Notes: a model not told the origin generated them from the sequence alone. A stretch of 64,000 nucleotides of DNA from a virus (IMGVR_UViG_3300012662_000198:19154-83153); one strand, 5' to 3'. Numbered from the stretch's first letter, positions 20,412-30,277 are shown. Translations and numbers: made by a program.

Positions 20412-21009
20412 AATCGGATTTGCTGGCCGGCGTGTCCGCCGTCTCGGGGCTGGTGGCGTTGGCGTTGTCCATGGCGTATTCCACGTGTGTCGGGCATCCT
20501 TATCTTCTGGGCGATGGTAAGGCCAAGAGGGTGGGTTTCTGGTGCGTGTGCTTCTCCCTGCTGACGGCTTTTCTTGAGTTCGTCCGGTTCGTCGGGTCGG
20601 GCGGGGTTCTTCCCCTGTTGTGCGGCCTGCTGTGGGCGGCCACGGCCTTGGTGTGGAAGTGGCTGTGCCTCAACGACGATGACGGGGGCATGAGTTTGGG
20701 GGGCGGGGCGTGTTCGACGCGCTGACCTTCCTGTACGTGGCCGCGTTCCTCCTGTTCGTCGTGGGCGCGATGGTCTGGACGGTTGGCCGGAGACGGGCGG
20801 GGAAGCGTCCGGGTAAGGGCCGTGTGCCCCGTTGGGTGCGGCTGGGCACGATAGTGTGCTCTCTGATGGTCGCGTTGCTGGAGGTGTGCCTGTTCGTCGG
20901 CAAATGGGGTTTCCTCGAAGGACTGTCGTGCGTGCTGTGGATTGTGGTGTCGGCGTTGTGGATTGCCGAATACCGTTTGGAAAGAAACCAAGAGAGGAAG
21001 GCGGGCTGA
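20408..21009 (+). CDS. Two small membrane proteins (20408-20725 and 20710-21009)
   Basis: Overlapping hydrophobic ORFs in the operon. Confidence 0.55.
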
Positions 21010-21384
21010 ATGCTTCCATTCCGTAGGTTCAAAGACGACGCGGCTGTGCTCGACCAGTGTGTGACGATGATTGAGGACACCATTCACGACATTGAGGAAT
21101 ACGTCAACAAGGACGAGCGTAAGACCGAGTCCTTGACGGAGACGCTTTCTCACTTGATGGACGTGTATAGCGAGATGTTGGACGTGTTGGAAGACGATGA
21201 CATGACCGTGAATCCGCGACTGCACTATCGCATGTATCCGAGGGTTCGCGCCTATATTCGGGACTCATACAATCGCTGCCAGTCGGCGGTGGAACGGTTG
21301 GCGCAGTTGGCGAGCGTTCAGGACGAGTTGGATGGCATCGAATGTTATGCGAACGGCGAAGTGGATTTCGACGACGACTTCTAA
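21010..21384 (+). CDS. Hypothetical acidic helical protein
   Basis: 124-aa ORF abutting the upstream stop. Confidence 0.6.
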   Translation: MLPFRRFKDDAAVLDQCVTMIEDTIHDIEEYVNKDERKTESLTETLSHLMDVYSEMLDVLEDDDMTVNPRLHYRMYPRVRAYIRDSYNRCQSAVERLAQLASVQDELDGIECYANGEVDFDDDF

Positions 21385-21452
21385 AATATATATGTTCCGA
21401 TGCTATAGTGGATTCGTTTGCATTGAAGGGGAATCTGAAAATGTCTGACCGG

Positions 21453-21535
21453 ATTGACACTCCCGTGATTTCAATCACGGGAGTGTCAATCTCTACTTCC
21501 GACTGAAGTCGGAGGTTTTACGGCGTGACACATAA
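21453..21535. mobile_element. 38-bp TTGAC...GTCAA palindrome stacked on a second IS200/IS605 end
   Basis: attgacactcccgtgat-ttca-atcacgggagtgtcaat, then cttccgactgaagtcggaggttttacggcgtgacacataa (homologous to 37824-37874). Confidence 0.7.
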
Positions 21536-21608
21536 ATTGTCTCACTGTTCCTTCGTTTTGGGCGGTTATGTGTTCCGATGTGTTCGCATGCCGGATGCTC
21601 CCACGTGG

Positions 21609-21650
21609 TTGACGCCACCTCTTTTGCCTGTTATACTGGTAGCGTCCACA
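21609..21650 (+). promoter_or_regulatory. Plasmid promoter-family motif with a canonical -35
   Basis: TTGACG-17 bp-TATACTGGTAGCGTCCACA. Confidence 0.8.
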
Positions 21651-21717
21651 TATAGGCTCGGTTAGTCATTCACCAACCCTGCCCCGCATCAATAACAACC
21701 AGAAGGAAACACCTATA

Positions 21718-22233
21718 TTGGGTATCGAAATCTACGAACAGGACAAGTACGCAACCCACGTCGTCACCAGCAAGGGCGAAATCAAATACGAGTGCAGTGC
21801 CCGCAACGTGGCCGAAGCCATCGTCAAAGAACACAACAAGCATGACAGCGGGGAACCATGGCATGTCGGTACCACCGTCACCTTGGTCAGCGCTAAGAAC
21901 ATCGCATGGCGTGCCGAAGCACTCATCGACTGGGATAAGGTCAAGACCGGCAAGAACACTCCCAACAAGTGCGTGAAGGTCACTGCTTCGGAAACCCAGA
22001 CGAACTTGCAGGAAAGCAAGCCGAAGGTCAGCGCCACCTATCTGTTGTCCGACGGCGACAAGCCGGAAAACTACATGCGTTGGCATGCCACGGCGTCCGA
22101 TAAGGATGTCGCCATGGTGTTGGCGAAACAGGCGGCTGTCAAGGCTTTGGAAGCTTATCTTGAGAAGATTGGCAAGACCGTCAAGACTTCGGTCAAGCCG
22201 ACCGTAAAGCCGTCCGGGAAGGCTGTCAAATGA
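21718..22233 (+). CDS. Hypothetical protein
   Basis: TTG start after RBS agaagga; 171 aa. Confidence 0.6.
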   Translation: MGIEIYEQDKYATHVVTSKGEIKYECSARNVAEAIVKEHNKHDSGEPWHVGTTVTLVSAKNIAWRAEALIDWDKVKTGKNTPNKCVKVTASETQTNLQESKPKVSATYLLSDGDKPENYMRWHATASDKDVAMVLAKQAAVKALEAYLEKIGKTVKTSVKPTVKPSGKAVK

Positions 22234-22787
22234 GCGGCCAGAACAAAGCTGAAGAGAATCCGGATGAAGAGTATCTGCTGGACGCGCTTCGAAACTTAGG
22301 CCCCACGCCAATCGAGGAGCTTATCGACAAGTCCAGCATGGACGACGGGTCGAAGAAACAGTTCCATGAATCACTGCGAGCGCATGATTCCGATGTGGCG
22401 CGGGAGCAGTCGGTGAAGATTGCCGTCGGTGAGGCGTTGTTGGAATTGGACAGGTTGCGTGAACGGTTGGATGAAATCAGCGCGTTGACCGTGTGGGATT
22501 CCAGTCGGGCGTTGTCCGATGCTATTCCTTCCGTCGAGGCAATCCGCGTCATCCTCAAGCAGATACGCGGCCATGACAATAGTTGTGTGGATTCCGGTTC
22601 TCGAATCCGTTATCGTCTGGTGTGTGATGTGGACGGTGGTATCCTGCCGTTGCTCGGTCAAATGTCGGACGGGGCTGATGGGTTGGTGTATCTGAAGAAC
22701 GTGCTTGACGCTTGCAAGTCCGCCAATATCGAAGGGAACCCGCGCATCCAGTACGCGTATGCGACCGGTTGGAGGGACTTGAACTGA
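22230..22787 (+). CDS. Hypothetical protein
   Basis: ATGA-coupled ORF, 185 aa. Confidence 0.6.
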   Translation: MSGQNKAEENPDEEYLLDALRNLGPTPIEELIDKSSMDDGSKKQFHESLRAHDSDVAREQSVKIAVGEALLELDRLRERLDEISALTVWDSSRALSDAIPSVEAIRVILKQIRGHDNSCVDSGSRIRYRLVCDVDGGILPLLGQMSDGADGLVYLKNVLDACKSANIEGNPRIQYAYATGWRDLN

Positions 22788-22788
22788 A

Positions 22789-23760
22789 ATGTCCAAGTTC
22801 GACAAGACAGCCGTGTACGGGAGGGAGAATCCGTTCATTCCCTCCCCTGAGACCATGGACGCGTTGAAGGACGCGCTCATCGAGGAGGCTGACGAGCGTT
22901 CCGACATGCTTATCGGAATGACCACCGCGCCTGATGGGAGGAAGGTTCTTCGTCGTCAAAGCGCGGGGCGCAACACTGGATGGCGTTCCCTTATCGGATT
23001 GCGTTATCGTATCCAGACCAAGGAGGAGGCCGACGAACTCCGTTTGGATTATCGTCGTTTCTTCGAGGGGTACGTGGAGCGAACCGACAAGAGCGAGCGT
23101 CGTAACCTGTTGGATTTGGAGCATAAGACCGTGGACGGCGCGTACCGTTACACGGTGGAAGGCGTGGTGGCTGACTGTGAGGAGACGAGCGTATCGAACG
23201 GGTATGTGTCCCGCCTGTGTCTGATGTTTCCGCATGTGGTGAATTCGGATGGTTCTCAGACGCTTATCGACTCGCATATTTGGCTTGCCACGTTCGTGAA
23301 GAACACTGTTATCCGTCCCGACCGTATCGAGCCTCATAATGGTTCCGCCGACCGGCTGATGACGATTCGGTTGGGTGACACGTTGCGTGTGGACGCCGGA
23401 TTGTGTGCGTATACGGATAAGCGTGGCCGTCACCGTTTCGGATTGGCGGATTGGACTCCGTTGGACTCGCATTTGAGGTATCTGCAACTCCGTTCGGATG
23501 GTACCACCACTCCGCGCGTGGTCAGCGAGCGCCTGTGTGGGCGTGAGTATGATATCTGCTGGTTGGAGCGGGATGGTAGGCCGGGTTTTCGTTCGGTGAT
23601 GTTGGATGGGTTGAATGCTCGTGTGAAGGCGGGTTGGAGTTCGTATGATTGGCGTCATCGTCCGTTCCTGTCGGATGGTGATGGGTTCCCGTCCGTTTGT
23701 CTTGACCAGTATTTGACTCTTGACCCGTATAAGGGTGAGGCTCACGTGGTGTCCCGTTAG
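22789..23760 (+). CDS. Hypothetical protein
   Basis: 323-aa ORF in the operon. Confidence 0.65.
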   Translation: MSKFDKTAVYGRENPFIPSPETMDALKDALIEEADERSDMLIGMTTAPDGRKVLRRQSAGRNTGWRSLIGLRYRIQTKEEADELRLDYRRFFEGYVERTDKSERRNLLDLEHKTVDGAYRYTVEGVVADCEETSVSNGYVSRLCLMFPHVVNSDGSQTLIDSHIWLATFVKNTVIRPDRIEPHNGSADRLMTIRLGDTLRVDAGLCAYTDKRGRHRFGLADWTPLDSHLRYLQLRSDGTTTPRVVSERLCGREYDICWLERDGRPGFRSVMLDGLNARVKAGWSSYDWRHRPFLSDGDGFPSVCLDQYLTLDPYKGEAHVVSR

Positions 23761-23779
23761 TCGGATTGAGAGGATTTTT

Positions 23780-24424
23780 GTGTTGAGGAATTGTCTTAAG
23801 AAAGGTTTCCGTCCGGTGGCCGTATTGACTGTGGCGGTTCTGATGTGTTCTCTAGGTGGATGTTCGGACAGTGAGTCGGGTTGGTTGGAAGGCCGAGCGT
23901 TCACCATGAACGCGTATAGCAACACCGGTGAGCTGACGTTGACGAGTCATGCCGAGAAAATCGGGTTGGACGGCAATGTGACCACCGACTCCCGTTACTA
24001 CGGCATCGGCACCAATGGTTCGGTTTCCTCCGGTTCGACCGATTCCCTGTCTTCGGTCATTACCGTGACCCTTGACGGCAGGGAGTTGGACTCCTGCGGG
24101 GATACGCTCATCTTCACCGAAGATGGGTTGGAGCCGGTCAAGGATTTCGCCGCCGACGCTCTCAAATCTCAGGATACGGAGAAGACGACCGGTACCGGTT
24201 CGACGTCGCAATTGTTGAACCGGTATAAGGATTCGTTTGCCAAGAAGCATGTCGTGGTCATCAAAAGCCAAACGGGAATGCCGATTGAAGCGTTCAACGG
24301 CGACAGCATCAAATGGGATATAGACGACAATCTGCCCAAAACAACAAGACTCATGGTTGATGGTAAAACGATGTATATCCATCGGGCGAACTTTCAAATC
24401 ATGGATAAGGATTCGTTGCAGTGA
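23780..24424 (+). CDS. Lipoprotein (DUF5052-like)
   Basis: Lipobox LGGC after a hydrophobic stretch. Confidence 0.65.
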   Translation: MLRNCLKKGFRPVAVLTVAVLMCSLGGCSDSESGWLEGRAFTMNAYSNTGELTLTSHAEKIGLDGNVTTDSRYYGIGTNGSVSSGSTDSLSSVITVTLDGRELDSCGDTLIFTEDGLEPVKDFAADALKSQDTEKTTGTGSTSQLLNRYKDSFAKKHVVVIKSQTGMPIEAFNGDSIKWDIDDNLPKTTRLMVDGKTMYIHRANFQIMDKDSLQ

Positions 24425-24795
24425 GCCACGATACCGAACCGGAGGGGGCCAAGTTGGTTAGCATCGTAGAGAGGGAAGCCGAGGAAGCGTATCCCACCCA
24501 ATATTGGGATGATTCCGATATTAAGAAAACGTTCGAGGCCGATAGTGACGATTTGCAGGAAGCCTACGTGAACGGGCGTCTCCACCCCGCTTGCGGGGAG
24601 GAGATAGAAGCCGTGGCGAAATATCTCATGTGGTCGGACGAACTCCCGCGATGGAAGAAGACCTACGGGACGACACCCGACGAGGACTTCTTCTGGAAGC
24701 GGGCTGAAACGGTCGGCACACGCGACGGATACCTGACGTTAGCCAAGGAGCTTTTGGAAATCGCACGAAAGAAAATCGAGGAGGGACTAAGGTGA
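24421..24795 (+). CDS. Hypothetical protein, paralogue of 62990-63286
   Basis: Shared YPTxYW...KTFEADSDDLQEAY..GR block. Confidence 0.7.
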   Translation: MSHDTEPEGAKLVSIVEREAEEAYPTQYWDDSDIKKTFEADSDDLQEAYVNGRLHPACGEEIEAVAKYLMWSDELPRWKKTYGTTPDEDFFWKRAETVGTRDGYLTLAKELLEIARKKIEEGLR

Positions 24796-24962
24796 TTCGA
24801 CTGGCCGAGACACGGGAAAAACTCATCGCCGTCGATTTGGACGACACCTTCACCGACCATACGGGCGCGTTCCGCGAGGTATTGGCCCAGCTTGGCATCA
24901 ACGTTCCCGACGGGTATACGAATCGTGTCCTTCCGGTGTTGGGGGCTTTTCTGGCCTACTAG
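24792..24962 (+). pseudogene. Truncated HAD 5'(3')-nucleotidase-like fragment
   Basis: LIAVDLDDTFTDHTGAF (HAD motif I, DxD) followed by a stop after 56 aa. Confidence 0.55.
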
Positions 24963-24975
24963 ACACAAACTATGC

Positions 24976-24994
24976 TATAGTGGACGTGTTCACA
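24976..24994 (+). promoter_or_regulatory. Plasmid promoter-family motif
   Basis: TGc-TATAGTGGACGTGTTCACA. Confidence 0.8.
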
Positions 24995-25029
24995 CATAAA
25001 GGGCCTTCAGACAAAGGAAGAAGCAAACC

Positions 25030-25545
25030 ATGGACACGTCCACCACCTTGGAGGAACAGATACAGGCTTTGATGGATTCGCTGGCCGACACCGCACTATC
25101 CGCCGCCGAGTCGCGCCATCAAAGTCAGGCCGGAGAAGCCCACCTGCTGTACGCGCTCTACCGGAACGACGGACTCGTAGGCTCGATGCTTCGAGGCTAC
25201 GGGTTGGAATCCTCTGAAATTCGGCTCCTCATGTCCGATATTCCGAACCGTCCGTTGAAAATGGGAGAAGACCCGGTATTGTCTTATTCCAGCCGTCACA
25301 TATTGCACGATGCCCACGACGCGGTGGAAGTGTTGCGCCACGTGCAACGTGATAGTCATGTCGAACTCCTGCTCCGCGCCCATGGCATCGAACTGCCCGA
25401 ACATCAACCCACTCGGGAGCAGGTCGAGGCGGCGTCAAGAACCGGCGTCAACCTAGCCCAGACCGTCAGCCCCAACCGTGGGCGTCAGGTCGGTGTGGAT
25501 TATCTCTCCTACACTCGGCTCATGCTCGAAGCCGCGTTGAACTGA
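25030..25545 (+). CDS. Clp N-terminal (repeat) domain protein without an ATPase
   Basis: ALSAAESRHQSQAGEAHLLYALYR..GLVGSMLRGYGL and LSYSSRHILHDA resemble Clp_N repeats. Confidence 0.65.
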   Translation: MDTSTTLEEQIQALMDSLADTALSAAESRHQSQAGEAHLLYALYRNDGLVGSMLRGYGLESSEIRLLMSDIPNRPLKMGEDPVLSYSSRHILHDAHDAVEVLRHVQRDSHVELLLRAHGIELPEHQPTREQVEAASRTGVNLAQTVSPNRGRQVGVDYLSYTRLMLEAALN

Positions 25546-25570
25546 ACGAAACCAGCCGAAAGGAATACCC

Positions 25571-25957
25571 ATGGAAAACACTGAGATGAAAAACGGGGAG
25601 ACGGACGCCGTGGATGCAATCATCGCATGGTTGGACGAGCGGATAGACAGGACGGAAAAGACCATGTCCGCCGGTGAGGACGATTTTTCATGGCTTGCCG
25701 ACCGTGAATACCTGCAAGCCTACCGAAACGCCCGCTCACACATGACAGCCCTGCGCGGCACGGACGAATACACGGTGCGACATCTGGCCGAATGGTGCGG
25801 GATTCGTAAGAGGGAGGCGAAGAACAGTCTGCAACGACTGTTGGAATCAAACATCCCGTATGGAGATGATTCCATCACCTGCGCCGATTCGAGAAGGTTC
25901 GCCTACCAGACAATCATCGACCGTTGCGAAGAAGAAGACAAGGAGGTTCGGAAGTGA
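25571..25957 (+). CDS. Hypothetical protein
   Basis: RBS aaagga; related to 59597-59827 (AIIAWLDERI vs DVIDWCEKHV). Confidence 0.6.
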   Translation: MENTEMKNGETDAVDAIIAWLDERIDRTEKTMSAGEDDFSWLADREYLQAYRNARSHMTALRGTDEYTVRHLAEWCGIRKREAKNSLQRLLESNIPYGDDSITCADSRRFAYQTIIDRCEEEDKEVRK

Positions 25958-26514
25958 CCAATACGACAATCAGCGACATCGTCCGGTACGCGGACAAGAC
26001 CGCCCGCGAACGGAACGTGAAGTGGATGGACACGACCATCCTGCTCAAGGCCCTCATCTGGTCGGCCAGTGAAGCCTATCGCATTCTCCAACGTGGCGGA
26101 CTGGGGTATTCGGAAGACAACCCCGACTATCTGACGAGATTCGACCGAGAGCTGGTGAGATTCGACAACGAACCGTTGGAGGAAGGCGAGAAGCCACGGT
26201 TCACTCCGGTCGCCTTACGGTTGGTCGAGCATGCGAACAGCCCACTCGCATTGTTGAGGGCGATGCAACACACCGACTGCGAGGGCAATCTGATTCTCAA
26301 AGAACATTGGATATGCCCCCCCGAACATGAGCCTTCGGACGAGCAGGTGGAGCGTGCCGCCGAAGCCGGATACTTCCTTTCCGCCCGCTCCTACTTCTCC
26401 TACGGAAACCTGAAACCATGGGACAAGGTGAAGCAAGCGTCCAAGGAGAAATGGCGGGAATGGGCGCGGCTCATGCTCGAAGCCACACTCAACGGAACGG
26501 AGGAAGCATGGTGA
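25954..26514 (+). CDS. Second Clp N-domain protein
   Basis: ADKTARERNVKWMDTTILLKAL..EAYRILQRGGL and PRFTPVALRLVEHA; C-terminus shared with 25030 (EHxPxxEQVExA...RLMLEAxLN). Confidence 0.65.
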   Translation: MTNTTISDIVRYADKTARERNVKWMDTTILLKALIWSASEAYRILQRGGLGYSEDNPDYLTRFDRELVRFDNEPLEEGEKPRFTPVALRLVEHANSPLALLRAMQHTDCEGNLILKEHWICPPEHEPSDEQVERAAEAGYFLSARSYFSYGNLKPWDKVKQASKEKWREWARLMLEATLNGTEEAW

Positions 26515-26676
26515 AGAATCTGGATTGGCTTATCGACAAGCTCTGGCGGGTCGCCGACTACACGGAGTTCGAAGGTCGGGCGGAAGACCCGACCCTGAAG
26601 GCAGTGGAAGGAATCGAACAGTGAACGTCAACGGCGTGGACATCGAATACCAGTTCGACGGCGCGCACGACGCGCG

Positions 26677-27519
26677 TCAGACGGCTACGGGAGCTTTGAT
26701 TGACGGCCATGGGGTGTAGCCGATGAGATGGAACATGTCCGGCTTGTAGTCGAACAGGCTATCCGCCTTGTCGATTTCCATATACGGCCACGGGCGTGGC
26801 TCGCGCGACAATTGTTCGCACACTTGTTCCAGATGGTTCAAATACACGTGCGTGTCGCCGCCGACCCAAATGAACCGTCCCGGCTCCAATCCGGCCTGTT
26901 GGGCCATCATCATGGTCAGCAACGAGTAGGAGGCGATGTTGAACGGTACGCCCAAGAACATGTCCGCCGACCGCTGATACAGTTGGCAATCCAGAAAACC
27001 GTCTCCACGCACGTGGAATTGGAACAGGGCGTGGCATGGCGGTAATGCCATTTCGTCCAATTCTCCCGCGTTCCATGCGGATACGATGATTCGACGGCTG
27101 TTCGGATTGTGCTTGATAAGGTCGAGCGCGTTCGACAATTGGTCTACCGTGGTGCCGTCGGTTTTATGCCATGAACGCCATTGGATGGGATACCCTTTGC
27201 CAATTGTTCCGTCCGGCAACACCCATTCATCCCAAATGTGGACGTTCTGCTTTTGCAGAGTGTTGACCTTGTTGTCTCCGGCAATGAACCACAACAGTTC
27301 CGCGATGATGCCACGCAGGAACACTTTCTTCGTGGTCACGAGCGGGAAACCGTCTTGCAGATTGAATTCCATAAGCGTGCCGAACGTGGACAACGTTCCC
27401 ACTCCGGTACGGTCGTGAGTCAGCTCGCCTTCCAGTACGACTTGTCGTAACAGTCTCTCATATGGCTGGTCGCGTTCCAATGTTCCGGCAACATAGTTTT
27501 TAGCTTCTTTCGGTGTCAT
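26677..27519 (-). CDS. thyA: Thymidylate synthase
   Basis: [45 protein letters not shown] motifs. Confidence 0.97.
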   Translation of the reverse strand: MTPKEAKNYVAGTLERDQPYERLLRQVVLEGELTHDRTGVGTLSTFGTLMEFNLQDGFPLVTTKKVFLRGIIAELLWFIAGDNKVNTLQKQNVHIWDEWVLPDGTIGKGYPIQWRSWHKTDGTTVDQLSNALDLIKHNPNSRRIIVSAWNAGELDEMALPPCHALFQFHVRGDGFLDCQLYQRSADMFLGVPFNIASYSLLTMMMAQQAGLEPGRFIWVGGDTHVYLNHLEQVCEQLSREPRPWPYMEIDKADSLFDYKPDMFHLIGYTPWPSIKAPVAV

Positions 27520-27543
27520 AGATTTTGTCCTTTCATCAGCCCA

Positions 27544-27595
27544 TTGACGTCCTCCCCCGCCTTATGCGAGGCGGGGGCTTCCTGCTCAAGAACCC
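27544..27595 (-). mobile_element. Solo IS200/IS605 right end
   Basis: gggttcttgagcaggaagcccccgcc..ggcgggggaggacgTCAA; shares gcttcctgctcaagaaccc with 8596-8614. Confidence 0.75.
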
Positions 27596-27597
27596 TA

Positions 27598-29340
27598 TTA
27601 AACAATCTTGTTAAGTCCTCCGAATCGGCGGGGGGAATACAGCATACATCCCCGACTCAGCAAGTCACCGACATACTCCATGTCCACTCCACGCTCATTG
27701 AACGCCTTACGAGTGTAGACAAGACGATTCATGTTCGCATGAGACAGCACCCAACGCGCCAGCTCCGCACGTTCTGAATGGTCATTGTCGGCAATCGGCT
27801 TGTTACGTAACACAGCACGTTCCAACAGGTTGCGAAGACTCTTGACCTCAAGGTAATAGTCCGACTTCAACTTGAACATGTACCCATCAGCGTCGTACAC
27901 CACCACGCCTTCACGGTCGGACCAGCGGCGTTCCTCGTCCAACATGTGCCACAGGCTCTCCCGCTGTTCCTCAGTCTGGAAAACAGCCAGAACTTCGGGA
28001 CGGGCAAAGAATCTATCCGTATCAATCAAATCGTCGGCATCATAGTCGATATGGAAGTCAACGGTGTTCTTGATGGCGTGCAGGAACACGAGACGTGACG
28101 TATCGTACTTGATGATATGACGGTCGGAATCTTGGTCGATTACCTCAAAAGCCAAGGTGACGTTGGCGTCATGGGCGATGTTCCACAACGCCTCCTCCTG
28201 ACCAATGTCCAACGTCTGCTTGAAAAGATGTTCGATAAGATACGAATAGTCGGTCTGACCACTCTTCGACCAGAAACGCCAAGAACCATCCTCACACGCG
28301 GACACCAAGCCGAGGAAACCGTTCTCCTTGCGTTCCACGCGCACTGGGAACTTGAGCCGCCTGTCAATGTTCTCCCGAGTGGTCTGCTCGTTCTCCCCAA
28401 GGTTGAAGAACTTCTCGAAACCTCGTGCGACAACCTTACCGTTCCTGTCAAGGAACAGTCCGCGAGCCTTGCTGGAATACTCGTCCCAACGCTGGTTTTT
28501 GAAAGCGTCACGGCTGAAATTGCAAGCGTACACGTCGTTCTCGCCCTTGACCGGACGGACGTTCACGTTATCGGAATCACGCATGAGTTCGAGCAGGTTC
28601 CTTCCATCCGTGGAAAAGTCAGCGAACCTGTCATTGGCCTTATGCGCACCCTGTTCCAACCACTTCAAGTAACGGTCGAGAGTCCACTTCCTACCATCTC
28701 TGAGCGGAGGCGTATCCAACTGGATGACACCGGTCAAATCACGTCCCTTTGCCGGGACTGCGGTATAACCGAACTCGGCATTGTCGGGAACACGGGTCTT
28801 GTCGTTCCACAGCAATCCCACGTCCACCAGCGCAGGGTCTCCGGACGGATTCATATGGTAGGTTCCGTCAACCTTCCTTACATGGATGTTGACCCAACGG
28901 CTTTCATGGTCAAGGTTTTCATGCCAAGTCTCATACTGGGTGCGCAGATATTCCTCCGGCACACGGTCGTTTTCCGGACGGGTCTGGTTGCGTTCCAACA
29001 GAACGTCCAACGGCGTGTTGAATGTGAAAGTCTCAACATGCGCCTTGTGGCGGACGGCAATCTGCACCTCGTCCACGCAGAAACGCGGGTTGACATGCTG
29101 GGAGTCGCTGATGACGTTCACGCCCTTGGAAAGCAGGTCGCTGATGATGGCATGCGCCTGACGGACGAGAATCCTGTTCAACTGTGGATTCATGGTCTCA
29201 TGCCATGCCTGTCGGCCTCCGGCCATCATTTCTCGTAGTCCATCCAAGCTGACGATGACGGTGTTCGCGTCAACATGCTTGCGTGCCCAAGTGCTTTTTC
29301 CGGAGCCGGGTAGTCCTCTGAGAATGGTTATGGTGCTCAA
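27598..29340 (-). CDS. Polynucleotide kinase (AAA_33) - T4 Rnl1-type RNA ligase fusion
   Basis: LRGLPGSGKST P-loop plus SLDGLRE; ligase motifs KARGLF, ARGFEKFFN, KENG, FEVI, EGVV, KLKS. Confidence 0.9.
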   Translation of the reverse strand: MSTITILRGLPGSGKSTWARKHVDANTVIVSLDGLREMMAGGRQAWHETMNPQLNRILVRQAHAIISDLLSKGVNVISDSQHVNPRFCVDEVQIAVRHKAHVETFTFNTPLDVLLERNQTRPENDRVPEEYLRTQYETWHENLDHESRWVNIHVRKVDGTYHMNPSGDPALVDVGLLWNDKTRVPDNAEFGYTAVPAKGRDLTGVIQLDTPPLRDGRKWTLDRYLKWLEQGAHKANDRFADFSTDGRNLLELMRDSDNVNVRPVKGENDVYACNFSRDAFKNQRWDEYSSKARGLFLDRNGKVVARGFEKFFNLGENEQTTRENIDRRLKFPVRVERKENGFLGLVSACEDGSWRFWSKSGQTDYSYLIEHLFKQTLDIGQEEALWNIAHDANVTLAFEVIDQDSDRHIIKYDTSRLVFLHAIKNTVDFHIDYDADDLIDTDRFFARPEVLAVFQTEEQRESLWHMLDEERRWSDREGVVVYDADGYMFKLKSDYYLEVKSLRNLLERAVLRNKPIADNDHSERAELARWVLSHANMNRLVYTRKAFNERGVDMEYVGDLLSRGCMLYSPRRFGGLNKIV

Positions 29341-29373
29341 TTGTCTGTCTCCTTGTTTTGTAAAGCATTTTTA

Positions 29374-29415
29374 TGTGAACAGTTCCACTATAGGTGATGT
29401 TTGCAAGACATGCAA
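29374..29415 (-). promoter_or_regulatory. Plasmid promoter-family motif for pnk-ligase
   Basis: TTGCAT-17 bp-TATAGTGGAACTGTTCACA. Confidence 0.8.
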
Positions 29416-29478
29416 ACCGAAAAAATTCCCGCCACCCCCCTTTTCGGGGAACGGCGGGAATCCTCTACCGAACATGCA

Positions 29479-30177
29479 TCAAGCTTCGAGGAACATACTC
29501 GTCAGTTCGGTTTCCGATACTGGATGCATATCCCACGCGTCCAACCCCACGTTAATTTCATTCCGGTTCTCGAACTCATGCGGAACGCCCGCATGGGTAT
29601 GTCCGTGCAACAGGCGCATACCCCCACTCACCTGCGGTATCGCATACTGTCTAAGTTCTGGCTTCGCCCAATTCGACGCCACCCCGTCCATTGCCGGACG
29701 TTCGAAGTCCTCGCGCCATTGGAAATGACAGAGGAACACCGTCATGGACACTTCACCGTCCGTAATATCCGTCATACCGATACGCCCGATTTCACCGAAC
29801 GCTTCGGTCAAATCCTTGAACCCTTTGCTTCTGCCATACAATACGTCATCATGGTTGCCGAGAATCAGATGCCTGTGATTGCGAGGGCAACGTAGACTTT
29901 TGACATGCATGAGCGCCTGATGGAGACTCCAAGCGCCGCCACTGCACAGGTCGCCCAGAATATAGAGTTCGTCGGTTTCTCCAACCGTCTCATTGATACG
30001 GTTGGTCACATCCATGTCGTGCCGATACCAGTTAACGCAATCCTTGACCTGCATTCCCGCGTTCTTGGCCTGCTGTTTGATGGTGTTGTCGGACGTGAAA
30101 CCATGCTTCGCGTACCCGCGCAATGCGGCTACGAACGGGTGGGCGAAATGCGTGTCTGCGGTGAAATATTTGGTCAT
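29479..30177 (-). CDS. Calcineurin-like metallophosphoesterase
   Basis: DTHFAH, LGDL, GNHD, CH and HGHTH motifs. Confidence 0.9.
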   Translation of the reverse strand: MTKYFTADTHFAHPFVAALRGYAKHGFTSDNTIKQQAKNAGMQVKDCVNWYRHDMDVTNRINETVGETDELYILGDLCSGGAWSLHQALMHVKSLRCPRNHRHLILGNHDDVLYGRSKGFKDLTEAFGEIGRIGMTDITDGEVSMTVFLCHFQWREDFERPAMDGVASNWAKPELRQYAIPQVSGGMRLLHGHTHAGVPHEFENRNEINVGLDAWDMHPVSETELTSMFLEA

Positions 30178-30277
30178 CGGTTTTTCCTTTTTCGGTGATT
30201 AATGTTCAGACGGCGGCTGCAACTAGGGAAAGCTTGGTCCAAGCCTTGTTCCAGAACTTGTACATCCAACCCTCTCC

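Noticed and set aside
21485-21700. IscB omegaRNA
   Set aside because: GTCAA plus hairpin is suggestive, but there is no iscB ORF and the segment matches the IS end at 37824.
29374-29392. Promoter motif as a LexA (GAAC-N4-GTTC) or CRP box
   Set aside because: Spacing is wrong and only one half-site is conserved.
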